From assembly GCA_965198225.1 (NCBI GenBank), contig CBDAOY010000007.1, positions 352,001 to 416,000 of the forward strand: DNA of 64,000 nucleotides, read 5' to 3'. Of the stretch, positions 51,779-60,868 are shown piece after piece (position 1 is the first letter of the stretch; every line of letters begins with the position of its first letter). The notes beneath the pieces were generated by a model. The model saw only the letters and a program-made list of their open reading frames with translations, was not told where the DNA came from and did no database searches. The stretch comes from Terriglobia bacterium. GTDB lineage: Bacteria; Acidobacteriota; Terriglobia; 20CM-2-55-15. Position numbers and translations under genes: made by a program.

Positions 51779-51946
51779 ACAGCTGACAGCTGCCTCCGGG
51801 AGGGGTGGAAGAAGATTGCCGTCGGGGGAGCAGTGAGGGTATCGTACGGTCCGAACTTCTTCGAGAGTCAATGAAACCGGGGCCTGTGCCCCATGCTATG
51901 CGAGCCGACCCGACAAAGTGGTCGGCAAATGAAGATCGAGGTTGAT

Positions 51947-52780
51947 ATGCGTCGAATATTTCTTTCTCTTGTCTTGTTGTTCGCCCTGGAATCGTCCGCG
52001 TTCGCGACATGGTCGGTGATCGCTGTCGACCGAAGCACAGGGCGAGTCGTGATCGCTTCCGCCACGTGCACAGGCAGAACCGACGACTTCCTGAAGGACC
52101 TGCAGGCCGTGGTCGTTCCCGGTATGGGGGTCGCCGCCTGCCAGGCGGGGGCGGACGGCACGCATCAAAACCAGACGTTGGTCTTTGAGGAGCTCCAGAA
52201 GGGGACCGATCCTCAGCAGATCATCGAGCTGTTGAGCCAGGATCCGGGATTCCAGCGTCGTCAGTTCGGAATCGTCGACCTAGAGGGCCGGATGGCCGGT
52301 CACTCCGGGCTGGGCAACGGTTTCGTCACCCAGAATGTCCAGGGCCAGGTACCCGGGACAGAGATTTTCTATTCGATCCAGGGCAACATCCTTCGGATGC
52401 ATGACGTGGTGCCGAACGGAGTGGAGGCGTTCATCAAGACTGATGGCGGAGTCACCGATCGCGTGATGGCGGCGATGGAAGCGGCGGACGCAGCCGGCGG
52501 CGATAGTCGGTGCACCTGCGAGGTCCCGGCTGTCGAACCCGGACAGGCCGGCATCGCATGCGAGGGACGGACCTCTCTGGTGGCCTACATCCTGGCCGCC
52601 GATCCCGGAGACAGCGACGGTCCCATCGATGCGATCAACTCTCACAACAACGGCGAGTATGCGATGTACGTGACCCTCTCCACTGGATCGATCCGACCCG
52701 ACGAAAACTTGAATCCCGTGAAGACCCTTCGCATGCGCTATGACGCATGGATTAAGGCACACCCGGAGTTCACGAGATAG
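51947..52780 (+). CDS. secreted DUF1028-like Ntn-hydrolase family protein
   Basis: Signal peptide ending AFA then TWSVIAVD (N-terminal Thr); RQFGIVDL, QGNIL, AMEAADAAGGDSRC. Confidence 0.85.
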   Translation: MRRIFLSLVLLFALESSAFATWSVIAVDRSTGRVVIASATCTGRTDDFLKDLQAVVVPGMGVAACQAGADGTHQNQTLVFEELQKGTDPQQIIELLSQDPGFQRRQFGIVDLEGRMAGHSGLGNGFVTQNVQGQVPGTEIFYSIQGNILRMHDVVPNGVEAFIKTDGGVTDRVMAAMEAADAAGGDSRCTCEVPAVEPGQAGIACEGRTSLVAYILAADPGDSDGPIDAINSHNNGEYAMYVTLSTGSIRPDENLNPVKTLRMRYDAWIKAHPEFTR

Positions 52781-52843
52781 GAAGTCCGGAGGAAGCCTGC
52801 CCGAGCGGCGTGAGTGCGAACAACTGTTTCAGAGGAGTAAGAC

Positions 52844-53530
52844 ATGCGATTGGTGCGATCGACGATTGTTTTGGCGGCGGTCTCCGCGATGGTTTTCGCA
52901 GTGGACACTGCGAGGGCAGAGGAACCGGCTGCCGAGGAACGTGAAGCGACCGTGAGTCAGCGCCGTGGGGGTCCACCCCAAGGCCGAGGCGGCCGCGGCC
53001 GGGGGCGCCGACGCGGAGTTGCGACGATGACGGTCTCGTTGACGGCGTGGACCGACGGTGGCAGGATCCCGCTCAAGTACACCCAGGTCGGGGGCGAAAC
53101 TTCACCCGGCGTCGCGTGGAGTAACGTTCCCGCGGGCACTGAGAGCTTCGTGCTGATATTCCACGATCTGGATGCGATGGGACGCACTCGGACCAATACA
53201 ATAATGCATTGGCTGCTGTGGAACATCCCCGCCACGACGACAAGCATCCCGCGGGATCTCCCCGAGGGCTTTGAGCTCGAGGACGGCACGCGCCAGATCA
53301 GCGACAGCGGTCCACGATACAGAGGGCCCGGAGCGATGGCGGGCGGGTCGGTTCATCACTACGTGATGGAACTCTATGCTCTGGACACCATGGTCGACGT
53401 CGAAGTCGTCGCTCGAGTTCCGCGAGGACCGAGTCCGGCAGACAACGCTCGCGCCGCAGTCTTTGAGGCGATGGAGGGACACATCCTCGGGAAGGGTGCC
53501 TACGTCGGACTGTTTCGCCGGCCTCAATAA
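52844..53530 (+). CDS. YbhB/YbcL (PEBP) family protein, secreted
   Basis: SPGVAWSNVPAGTESFVLIFHD.D..HWLLWNIP..YRGPG..HHYVMELYALD. Confidence 0.92.
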   Translation: MRLVRSTIVLAAVSAMVFAVDTARAEEPAAEEREATVSQRRGGPPQGRGGRGRGRRRGVATMTVSLTAWTDGGRIPLKYTQVGGETSPGVAWSNVPAGTESFVLIFHDLDAMGRTRTNTIMHWLLWNIPATTTSIPRDLPEGFELEDGTRQISDSGPRYRGPGAMAGGSVHHYVMELYALDTMVDVEVVARVPRGPSPADNARAAVFEAMEGHILGKGAYVGLFRRPQ

Positions 53531-53555
53531 CGCGAGTGCCGAACCCGATTGCAGG

Positions 53556-53601
53556 CGGACCGGCTGAATCCGGAGCGAGTCTCGCGTTTCAGCCAGGTCC
53601 G
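53556..53601. terminator. stem-loop between convergent genes, possible bidirectional terminator
   Basis: CGGACCGGCTGAA..TTCAGCCAGGTCCG imperfect inverted repeat; no U-tract. Confidence 0.35.
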
Positions 53602-53606
53602 GGTCC

Positions 53607-54020
53607 TTAGAATCTTGAGATGATGTCGAAGAACGTTCCCGCCCTGGAGAATTCGTCCAGATCGCAGAGCCATTGGTAAGCGCCGGCCTTCAGGCCGATC
53701 TGGCCATCCCGGGGTAGAGGCGGGTCGAAGTCGAGTGTCTCTAACGAACCTGCCTCGATCTCAGGGACCGTTGCAGTGCCTTGCCACACCGCAGCACCAC
53801 TGTACGTGTCAAGTATTTGACAGCCCACTTCTTTGTTCTTGTCCTGGACGGCATCCCAATGCACCTGCAAATCCAGAGCCTCGCCTTCGTAGTAGGCCGG
53901 CCGGACTCCCCCCCGGTAGTCCGCCACTCTCACTTTGAATGGCGCACGACACGCCGGTAAGACCAGAAATGCCGCCACGGCAAGGATCACAAGTCGTTGA
54001 AAACCAATTGATCGATCCAC
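53607..54020 (-). CDS. hypothetical lipoprotein
   Basis: AGGAGG RBS before GTG 54020; lipobox VLPAC; beta-rich body with two further Cys. Confidence 0.72.
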   Translation of the reverse strand: MDRSIGFQRLVILAVAAFLVLPACRAPFKVRVADYRGGVRPAYYEGEALDLQVHWDAVQDKNKEVGCQILDTYSGAAVWQGTATVPEIEAGSLETLDFDPPLPRDGQIGLKAGAYQWLCDLDEFSRAGTFFDIISRF

Positions 54021-54315
54021 TTGAAAAAACCTCCTGTCGACTGCATGGAACGCGGATATGCTTCGAGAGTCCAGGCCACGGTGAGCAGCTGACGCCCCGA
54101 TCGGCCAGTCCACTCTCCTGCCGGTTCTCGATGGCCCGGGGAGCTCGAGTCTCCGCTCCCCCTCGTGGACCTTGCACATTCATCGCCAAGACCTAACACG
54201 AACTTGGCGGGCCATTCGGACGAGGGTCATCTGTTATATCCTGCTCGTGCGCTCAGCCCGAAATACGGCTCCTCGGCAAATCTGGATCGAATCTGACGGG
54301 ATCCGCAACCACGAC

Positions 54316-57195
54316 ATGAGACGACATCCGGCGATCTTTCTCCTGCTAGTCCTTCTGTTCGCAGGCGCCTCCTCGTCGCCCTTCGGAGCCGGTTCGCGCC
54401 AGGCGCCAGACACTTCGCCCGAGGGGGCCTTGAGTGTCGGGGATCTACGGACCGAATACTCGACGAACCCCGTAGGAATCGACGTCCGTCGTCCACGATT
54501 GAGCTGGAAGCTCTATTCTTCGGATCGCGGCGTCATGCAGAGCGCCTACCGGTTGCAAGTAGCTGCCGACATCGACAGCCTGGGAACTACCGATCGGTTG
54601 GTCTGGGACAGCGATATTGTGGAGACGGATCAGTCCATCCATCAGGAATACTCGGGGCCCGCCGTCCGGTCGCGGCAACGCTATTACTGGCGGGTGAAGG
54701 TATGGGCCGGCGATCGCGAGTCCGAGTGGAGCGAGCCCGCCTTCTGGGAAATGGCGTTGCTGAACCAGGCGGACTGGGCGGCCGAGTGGATCACGAGTTC
54801 CGGACCTGACGACCCATCCGTGTCCGGTCCCTCCCCCTATTTCCGGCGGTCTTTTTCGTTAGGTGCGAGAATTCGCTCGGCCCGAATCTATGCCACCAGC
54901 CACGGGGTCTACGAGCTCCACCTCAACGGCAGCCGTGTCGGAGACCGTGTCCTGGCTCCCGGCTTCGCCAGCTACAACCGCCGGTTGCCGTACCAGACCT
55001 ATGATGTCACCGATCTCGTGAGCGTCGGGGACAACAGCATCGGCGCCGTGCTCGGCGACGGATGGTACCGCGGGTTTCTCGGCTTTCCGGGGGATCGCAA
55101 CGTCTTCGGGACGCGGCTCGGACTCCTGGTGCAGCTCGAAGTCGTTTATGACGACGGCACGCGTGAACGGGTTTCATCCGACGAACTATGGAGGGTCTCG
55201 ACCGGGCCGATTCTGGCTTCCGACATCTACAACGGCGAAAGCTACGACGCGAGAGCCGAGATGGACGGGTGGTCGGGCCCGGGATATGACGACTCCTCGT
55301 GGCTCCCGGCCGAAGCCTACAGCGCTGACCGTGGAACACTCGTCGCCGATCTCTCCCCCCCGGTGCGCCGAATTCAGGAGATAGCTCCCGTCGGGCTCCT
55401 CGCGGGCCCTTCCGGCGAAACCATCGTGGACATGGGACAGAACCTGGTGGGCTGGGTGCGACTCCGTGCCAAAGGAGAGAGGGGGACAACGATCCGGTTG
55501 ACCCACGCCGAAGCCCTGGATCCGGACGGTGGTTTGTACACCGACAACCTGCGGGCGGCTGCGCAAAGGGACACCTACATCCTGAGGGGAGACGTCGAGG
55601 AGTGGTTCGAACCCCATTTCACCTACCATGGATTCCGTTACGTTCGCGTCGACGGGTATCCGGGAGAACTCGGTCTCGACGACGTGACTGGCATCGTTGT
55701 CCACTCCGACCTGGACCAGACCGGCAGTTTCGAAACCTCCGACCCCGACATCAACCAGTTGCAACACAACGTCCTGTGGAGCCAGAAGGGGAATTTCCTG
55801 GCGATTCCCGCCGACTGCCCGCAGCGGGACGAAAGACTGGGCTGGACGGGAGACGCACAGCGGTTCGTTCCGACGGCGAGTTTCAACATGAATGTTGCCG
55901 GGTTCTTCACCGGGTGGCTGCGCGACCTTGCAGCGGATCAGTACGATGACGGCAGCGTCCCTTGGGTCATACCGGATGTCCTGACCTCACGTGGACCCGC
56001 GACGACGTCCGGGGTTCCGACGGCGGGGGTTGCGGGTTGGTCCGACGCCGCGATCATCGTTCCATGGGAGCTCTACTTGCGTTACGGCGACGTGAGGATA
56101 CTGGAAGAACAGTACCCGAGCATGCAGGCGTGGCTTTCCTACGCCGTTGTCCAGGCCGGCGACGACCTGGTGTGGAAGCCCGGTTTTCACTTCGGCGACT
56201 GGCTGGGGGAGACGGAAACGCCGGCCGATCTCATCGCCACCGCCTACCTGGCTCACTCGAGCCACCTCATGTCGCGCATCGCATCGGTCCTCGGTCTTGA
56301 AACAGACTCCGCGGAGTATGAATCGCTGTTCGCGCGTGTGAGAGACGCGTTTCGGGAAGAGTTCGTGGACGCGTTCGGTAGTCTCCGCCACGAGAGCCAG
56401 TCGGGCTATGCACTGGCACTACGGTTCGACCTGCTGCCGGATGAGGACCGGGGCCGCGCTATCGCGAGTCTTGTGCGCGACATCCGTCGGCGGAACACGC
56501 ACCTGAGTACGGGTTTGGTGGGGACTCCGCATCTGTGCCCTGTCCTGGCAGCCGGTGGACGCGCAGACGTTGCCTACGACCTGTTGTTCCAGACCACGGT
56601 TCCGTCCTGGCTGTTTCCGGTACGGTCGGGCGCCACCACCATGTGGGAGCAGTGGCGTGGGATCGAACAGGGCGTTTTCGCGGACGCCGAGATGAATTCG
56701 CTGAACCACTCTGCCGGCGGTGCCGTCGGGGAATGGATGTACTCGACGATCGCCGGCATCCACGCCGACGCCGCCGAGCCGGGCTTCAAACACGTGGTCG
56801 TGAACCCCATACCTGATTCGCGTCTGAGCTACGCGCGGGCGTCGCTGGAGACGGGATATGGCACCGTCAGTACCGGCTGGAGCAGGGAAGGGGATCGCAC
56901 GTTGCTGCTGGAGGTTGACATCCCGGCGAACAGCCGGGCGACCATCCGGCTCCCAGAGGCTGTTCCCGACAGCGTGAGCGAGAGCGGCAACCGCCTGGAT
57001 GAGGTCGCCGGCGTCGGCGCGGTTTACGAAACCGGTCGGGCGACGGTCATCGAGATCGGCTCCGGAGCCTACAGGTTCTCCTACGATATGCTGCTCGACG
57101 TGTCCGGGGAAACAGCGACCGTTCCGTCAAGGCTTACGCTTCTGTTCCTGGCGTTGGCGTTGATTGTTATGATGGCATACCACTGGAGAAGGTGA
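54316..57195 (+). CDS. alpha-L-rhamnosidase (GH78) with C-terminal TM anchor
   Basis: PRLSWKL, RYYWRVKVW, DMGQNLVGW, FTYHGFRYV, DCPQRDERLGWTGD, GATTMWEQW, NSLNH. Confidence 0.95.
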   Translation: MRRHPAIFLLLVLLFAGASSSPFGAGSRQAPDTSPEGALSVGDLRTEYSTNPVGIDVRRPRLSWKLYSSDRGVMQSAYRLQVAADIDSLGTTDRLVWDSDIVETDQSIHQEYSGPAVRSRQRYYWRVKVWAGDRESEWSEPAFWEMALLNQADWAAEWITSSGPDDPSVSGPSPYFRRSFSLGARIRSARIYATSHGVYELHLNGSRVGDRVLAPGFASYNRRLPYQTYDVTDLVSVGDNSIGAVLGDGWYRGFLGFPGDRNVFGTRLGLLVQLEVVYDDGTRERVSSDELWRVSTGPILASDIYNGESYDARAEMDGWSGPGYDDSSWLPAEAYSADRGTLVADLSPPVRRIQEIAPVGLLAGPSGETIVDMGQNLVGWVRLRAKGERGTTIRLTHAEALDPDGGLYTDNLRAAAQRDTYILRGDVEEWFEPHFTYHGFRYVRVDGYPGELGLDDVTGIVVHSDLDQTGSFETSDPDINQLQHNVLWSQKGNFLAIPADCPQRDERLGWTGDAQRFVPTASFNMNVAGFFTGWLRDLAADQYDDGSVPWVIPDVLTSRGPATTSGVPTAGVAGWSDAAIIVPWELYLRYGDVRILEEQYPSMQAWLSYAVVQAGDDLVWKPGFHFGDWLGETETPADLIATAYLAHSSHLMSRIASVLGLETDSAEYESLFARVRDAFREEFVDAFGSLRHESQSGYALALRFDLLPDEDRGRAIASLVRDIRRRNTHLSTGLVGTPHLCPVLAAGGRADVAYDLLFQTTVPSWLFPVRSGATTMWEQWRGIEQGVFADAEMNSLNHSAGGAVGEWMYSTIAGIHADAAEPGFKHVVVNPIPDSRLSYARASLETGYGTVSTGWSREGDRTLLLEVDIPANSRATIRLPEAVPDSVSESGNRLDEVAGVGAVYETGRATVIEIGSGAYRFSYDMLLDVSGETATVPSRLTLLFLALALIVMMAYHWRR

Positions 57196-57980
57196 TGGTC
57201 CCTAGAATAGGCTGGGCGATGGCGCTGTCGTTCCTCCTGACCTCCGCTGGAGCGCTGTCTCAAGACGCCACGAAGACGAACTATCGTTCAGGTTACCGCG
57301 GGGTCTGCCGCGCGAGCGTGCAATTCCCGGACGAATCCCCGTTTCGCTACCGGTGCCGCATTCCCAACCGCCGGGCGATTCAGATTCCCATCAACCCGGC
57401 GCATCTCGACGTGATCACGACGGTTTCGGTGTGTGCGCTAGGACGTCTCACGCGGCGTGACGACGATGCCCCGTGCGGCTTTTCTGGCGCGACCGCGCTC
57501 TGGAGCGCACGGCCGACGAGAAGCATCGAGATGTCGAACACCGGTCTTTCGTTTGGCGACCCTCCCGAAGAGCCCGACGAGGTGTACATCCTCGTGGAAG
57601 TAAATTGGGACGGCAGGTTTCCCGAGGAGGGGAACCTTTTCACGATCGGCTACGCAAGCCTGTCGCGCGCGATCCGGCAGATGAAGGTTCGCCTGGAAGG
57701 CACCCCCGCCGCGGCGACGCTGACGCCCGATGACACGACGATAAGGATCGGAGAGGCCGGTCACGTAAAGTTGTTGGCGGCGCGCAAATCGCGGAACGCG
57801 ATCTGGGTGCAGCAGGGCGAGGCCGTGCTGGTGGGAGGCGGCCGGAGTTATTCACTGAGACTCAACGTGGCCCGCACTGTTCCCGCGGGTGAATACGAAA
57901 TCCGCACCAACGGATACCTTCCCGAAGGAACGGGCCGCGGCTTCCTCGAGATCGAAGCAGAATACGAGACGGGGCCATAA
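57192..57980 (+). CDS. secreted hypothetical protein
   Basis: GTGA overlap with the GH78 gene; signal peptide; four Cys in the N-terminal half; C-terminal LNVARTVPAGEYEI is reminiscent of Ig-like/fimbrial subunits. Confidence 0.65.
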   Translation: MMVPRIGWAMALSFLLTSAGALSQDATKTNYRSGYRGVCRASVQFPDESPFRYRCRIPNRRAIQIPINPAHLDVITTVSVCALGRLTRRDDDAPCGFSGATALWSARPTRSIEMSNTGLSFGDPPEEPDEVYILVEVNWDGRFPEEGNLFTIGYASLSRAIRQMKVRLEGTPAAATLTPDDTTIRIGEAGHVKLLAARKSRNAIWVQQGEAVLVGGGRSYSLRLNVARTVPAGEYEIRTNGYLPEGTGRGFLEIEAEYETGP

Positions 57981-58007
57981 GCCCCGAGGCGGATCTTCCG
58001 AGGAGGT

Positions 58008-58170
58008 GTAGGGGCGTTCTATGACCGCACATTCTTCGGGCCGAAACGATGTGCGCTCATAGAGCGCACCTACACCCAGACAAGAGATGTGCGCTCGGGC
58101 AACTGTAGGGGCGGTCTATGACCGCACATTCTTCGAACCGAAGCGATGTGCGCTCATAGAGCGCCCCTAC
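58008..58170. repeat. two tandem REPINs between convergent genes
   Basis: 58008-58073 and 58105-58170, each GTAGGGGCG[G/T]TCTATGACCGCAC-spacer-GTGCGCTCATAGAGCGC[A/C]CCTAC. Confidence 0.9.
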
Positions 58171-58190
58171 ACAGAAATCCTGGCTGGCAA

Positions 58191-58817
58191 TCAATGTCGC
58201 CGGCGAAGCCCCGGCCCGCGGCTCGACGTTTCCCGAGTGTAGATAAAGTCTCCGAACGCCGAATCGTCGTAGTTTGACGCGTTGGCCGCTACGTTGAGAA
58301 CGATGGTTCCGGTCGGATGTTGCGGGGCTATCCATCGAACACCCCAGCGCGTGGTACCGTCCGCCCCCACCAGGCTTCCGGCCTCGGTCTGCCGCGCGTA
58401 CTGAACAATCCGGTCTTCTGCCGTGACTACTTCAACCCGTTCGTCGATTGATTCCAGGGAACCCGCCTGCCGTCCGGCGTCCGGGCCGTCCTGAAATCGC
58501 ACCGCCGCCGCAAAGCCGCCCCGGGCGATTTCTGGACGGGCGAGGAGGATCTCGATCAGGTATTCGACGCCGGGGACATAGTCTTCAGGAATGCCTGCCA
58601 GAATCAAGGATCCGGCCGAATCGTTCAGGTCACTGTCGAAGTGGCAGGTGTGGCAGGTGTCGTCGCCGAAGCCGCCCGCGGTCGCAGGTGGCGGTCCGTC
58701 GACGTGCGCCATACCCGTACCTGTAGACAACAGGCCTATGCACAGAACCGCACCTCCGGCGGCCAGGGTGCGGAGGAAGGGACGAGCCGACCAACACTCC
58801 AAAAGCCACGTCGTCAA
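58191..58817 (-). CDS. Reeler-like (choice-of-anchor V) protein with CxxCH
   Basis: Signal peptide; GGFGDDTCHTCH; YVPGVEYLIEI; W.VRWIAP; ANASNYDDSAFGDFIY. Start uncertain. Confidence 0.8.
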   Translation of the reverse strand: MTTWLLECWSARPFLRTLAAGGAVLCIGLLSTGTGMAHVDGPPPATAGGFGDDTCHTCHFDSDLNDSAGSLILAGIPEDYVPGVEYLIEILLARPEIARGGFAAAVRFQDGPDAGRQAGSLESIDERVEVVTAEDRIVQYARQTEAGSLVGADGTTRWGVRWIAPQHPTGTIVLNVAANASNYDDSAFGDFIYTRETSSRGPGLRRRH

Positions 58818-58838
58818 ACGCCCGTCCCCACCCGGAAA

Positions 58839-59834
58839 CTAATGGTCCGTCAGAGGCAGGGGAATCAGAGCCCGGCCGACGGTGTTCGTATCGGTTCCGA
58901 ACCAGATTTCGCGCGTCGAGGGTTCGTACACCATATGACGCACAGTCCCGCCGCCGCTGTCGATCTCGGTCACGCTGAAGAATATCTCCCTTTCGGAATC
59001 GAACCCGACCAGGCGGTTTGTCCCGGGGTTCGTCTCGAAAAACCAGAGACGATCGTTGTCATCGGAAGTCATTGCATAGGGACGGGATCCCATTCCGCCG
59101 GGTGTCAGCCACTCCTTGACTTCTCCGGTAGTCGGATCGAGGCGTCCGAGGTGGCCCCGCGCGTAGTCCACGTACCAGACCGCATCGTCCGACGTCAGGG
59201 CCATGCGCCGCGGTCGGCTGTCGGCGTTCGGAAGCTCGTGTTCGGTGAGTTCCAGCGTCTTCGGATCGATCGACGCGATCTTGTTCGTTCCGAATTCCAC
59301 CACCCACGGGACGCCTTTGGAGTTGACCACGATACCGTAGGGTCGAGCCCTGGGCGTCGGAACCTTGATCAGGCTGACCTCTTCCAGGCTGGGCGTCAGC
59401 CGCCCCACGAAATTGCCCCCTTGAACGGTGAACCACATGCTGCCCGTTTGATCGAAGTGCATCGTGTGCGGATCGCGCGCATCCGGGTTCGGCATGGGAA
59501 ACTTCTTGATCTCGCCTGTCTTCGGATCGAGCCGGCCGATGTGGGCGGCTCGATTGCCCGTGTACCAGGCGTAGCCCTCGGGGCCCGTGACGACGCTGTG
59601 GGGCCCGGCTCCTTCTTCCAGGTCGTACCGCTTGAAGTCTCCGGTCTCGGGGTCGAGAAGCCCGACGTAGTCTGCTCTCTGGCCCACGAACCAGATCTGG
59701 TTCCCGTTTCCATAGTACGGATCCCGCGGCCGGGTGTTCTCCCAGGGGACCTCCCACTCGGTGACTTGAACCTGGGTCTGCGGTGCCTGGGCAAACCACG
59801 ATAGAAGCAAAAGTAGAGTTGCGTGGTATACCAT
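58839..59834 (-). CDS. secreted virginiamycin B lyase (Vgb)-like beta-propeller
   Basis: AGGAGG RBS; TRPRDPY, GPH..WYTGN..IGRLDP, DPHTM, RPYGIVV, RPRRMAL repeats. Confidence 0.9.
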   Translation of the reverse strand: MVYHATLLLLLSWFAQAPQTQVQVTEWEVPWENTRPRDPYYGNGNQIWFVGQRADYVGLLDPETGDFKRYDLEEGAGPHSVVTGPEGYAWYTGNRAAHIGRLDPKTGEIKKFPMPNPDARDPHTMHFDQTGSMWFTVQGGNFVGRLTPSLEEVSLIKVPTPRARPYGIVVNSKGVPWVVEFGTNKIASIDPKTLELTEHELPNADSRPRRMALTSDDAVWYVDYARGHLGRLDPTTGEVKEWLTPGGMGSRPYAMTSDDNDRLWFFETNPGTNRLVGFDSEREIFFSVTEIDSGGGTVRHMVYEPSTREIWFGTDTNTVGRALIPLPLTDH

Positions 59835-59930
59835 TCGTGAGTTCCTCCTGAAGATGAAGCTTCAGAACATCATACTGATTTTGGCCCGGACTGGAACTGG
59901 AATCGACACCAAAGGAACAGGAGCGTCGAG

Positions 59931-60389
59931 TTGAACGGAACCGTGACCCACATTTTCACGACACCGGTTGCCGCCGGCAGCCTTGAATCGCGTACCGAGG
60001 TACAGGCAGTGCCGGGACTGGGCTTGGAAGGCGATCGCTACTACAACCGTTGCGGCACCTTTTCGGAGGACGCCTCGGGCCACGATCGGGAACTGACACT
60101 GATTCAGATCGAACATATCGAGGGCCTGAAAGACAGTTTGGGAATCGAATTGGCTCCTTCCGAAGCGCGCCGGAACATCGTTACGCGCGGTCAAAACCTG
60201 AACGACCTGGTCGGGTCCGAGTTCATCGTGGGTGAAGTGAAGCTGCGTGGAATCCGGCTCTGCGAGCCCTGCGCCCACATGGAGGAACTTGCCGGGAAGC
60301 AAGTCCTGAACGGACTGGTCCACAAGGGCGGTTTGCGCGCGCAAATCATCGAGGGCGGTCTGATCAAAGTCGGCGATCCGGTTGTGTAG
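59931..60389 (+). CDS. MOSC domain protein
   Basis: GLEGDRY, RELTLI, RRNIVTRG..LNDLVG, CEPC, GGLRAQIIEGGLIKVGD; AGGAG RBS before TTG. Confidence 0.92.
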   Translation: MNGTVTHIFTTPVAAGSLESRTEVQAVPGLGLEGDRYYNRCGTFSEDASGHDRELTLIQIEHIEGLKDSLGIELAPSEARRNIVTRGQNLNDLVGSEFIVGEVKLRGIRLCEPCAHMEELAGKQVLNGLVHKGGLRAQIIEGGLIKVGDPVV

Positions 60390-60532
60390 GTGCGGTCTAT
60401 GACCATTCTTGTGCAAGATAGCTTTTCGAGAGCGGGGTTTTGGAGACGCCAATGTCCAAAGGGAGGTGTAGGTGCGGTCTATGACCGCACACTCTTCGAC
60501 CGGGACGATGTGCGGCCATAGACCGCACCTAC
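60386..60532. repeat. single REP (60386-60404) plus REPIN (60468-60532)
   Basis: GTAGGTGCGGTCTATGACC at 60386; GTAGGTGCGGTCTATGACCGCAC..GTGCGGCCATAGACCGCACCTAC at 60468-60532. Confidence 0.87.
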
Positions 60533-60868
60533 ACCCGATCTTCGAGGCAATGAAACCCATAAGGCGTCTTCCTATCAAAGGGTCGCAAGGCCGGTTTTCT
60601 TTGACACTGCCAGCAGAGGGCGATAGATTCCCTCCAAATTCCTGAAACCGCATTCGTGAAGGCGGACAGGAAGGAGGGCACTGGGTGAGGTTCCTGCCGG
60701 GTCTCGTGGCGTTGATACCCCCCTTCTGCCGCCTCTCGATCGATCCCGAAACATATCCACTTGCTCGACGCCGCCGGACGGTTGTCCGGCAAAAGTGCGT
60801 CGCGCAGGCGACGATCATCTGAAGCCGTTGGGGGAGCGCAACGGACCAGGCGAGTAAAGGAGCCAGCT

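Noticed and set aside
58008-58170. Possible CRISPR array from repeated GTAGG..GACCGCAC units
   Set aside because: Units alternate in orientation, the spacers resemble each other, copies are dispersed and no cas gene is present; this is REP/REPIN organisation.
58839-59834. Calling the Vgb-like gene a streptogramin resistance gene
   Set aside because: It has a signal peptide and only fold-level similarity; nothing in the sequence supports a resistance function.
60540-60860. c-di-GMP riboswitch upstream of the pseudopilin
   Set aside because: Some hairpins and GCAA-like words are present, but I could not match the GEMM P1-P2-P3 consensus; an Infernal search would be needed.
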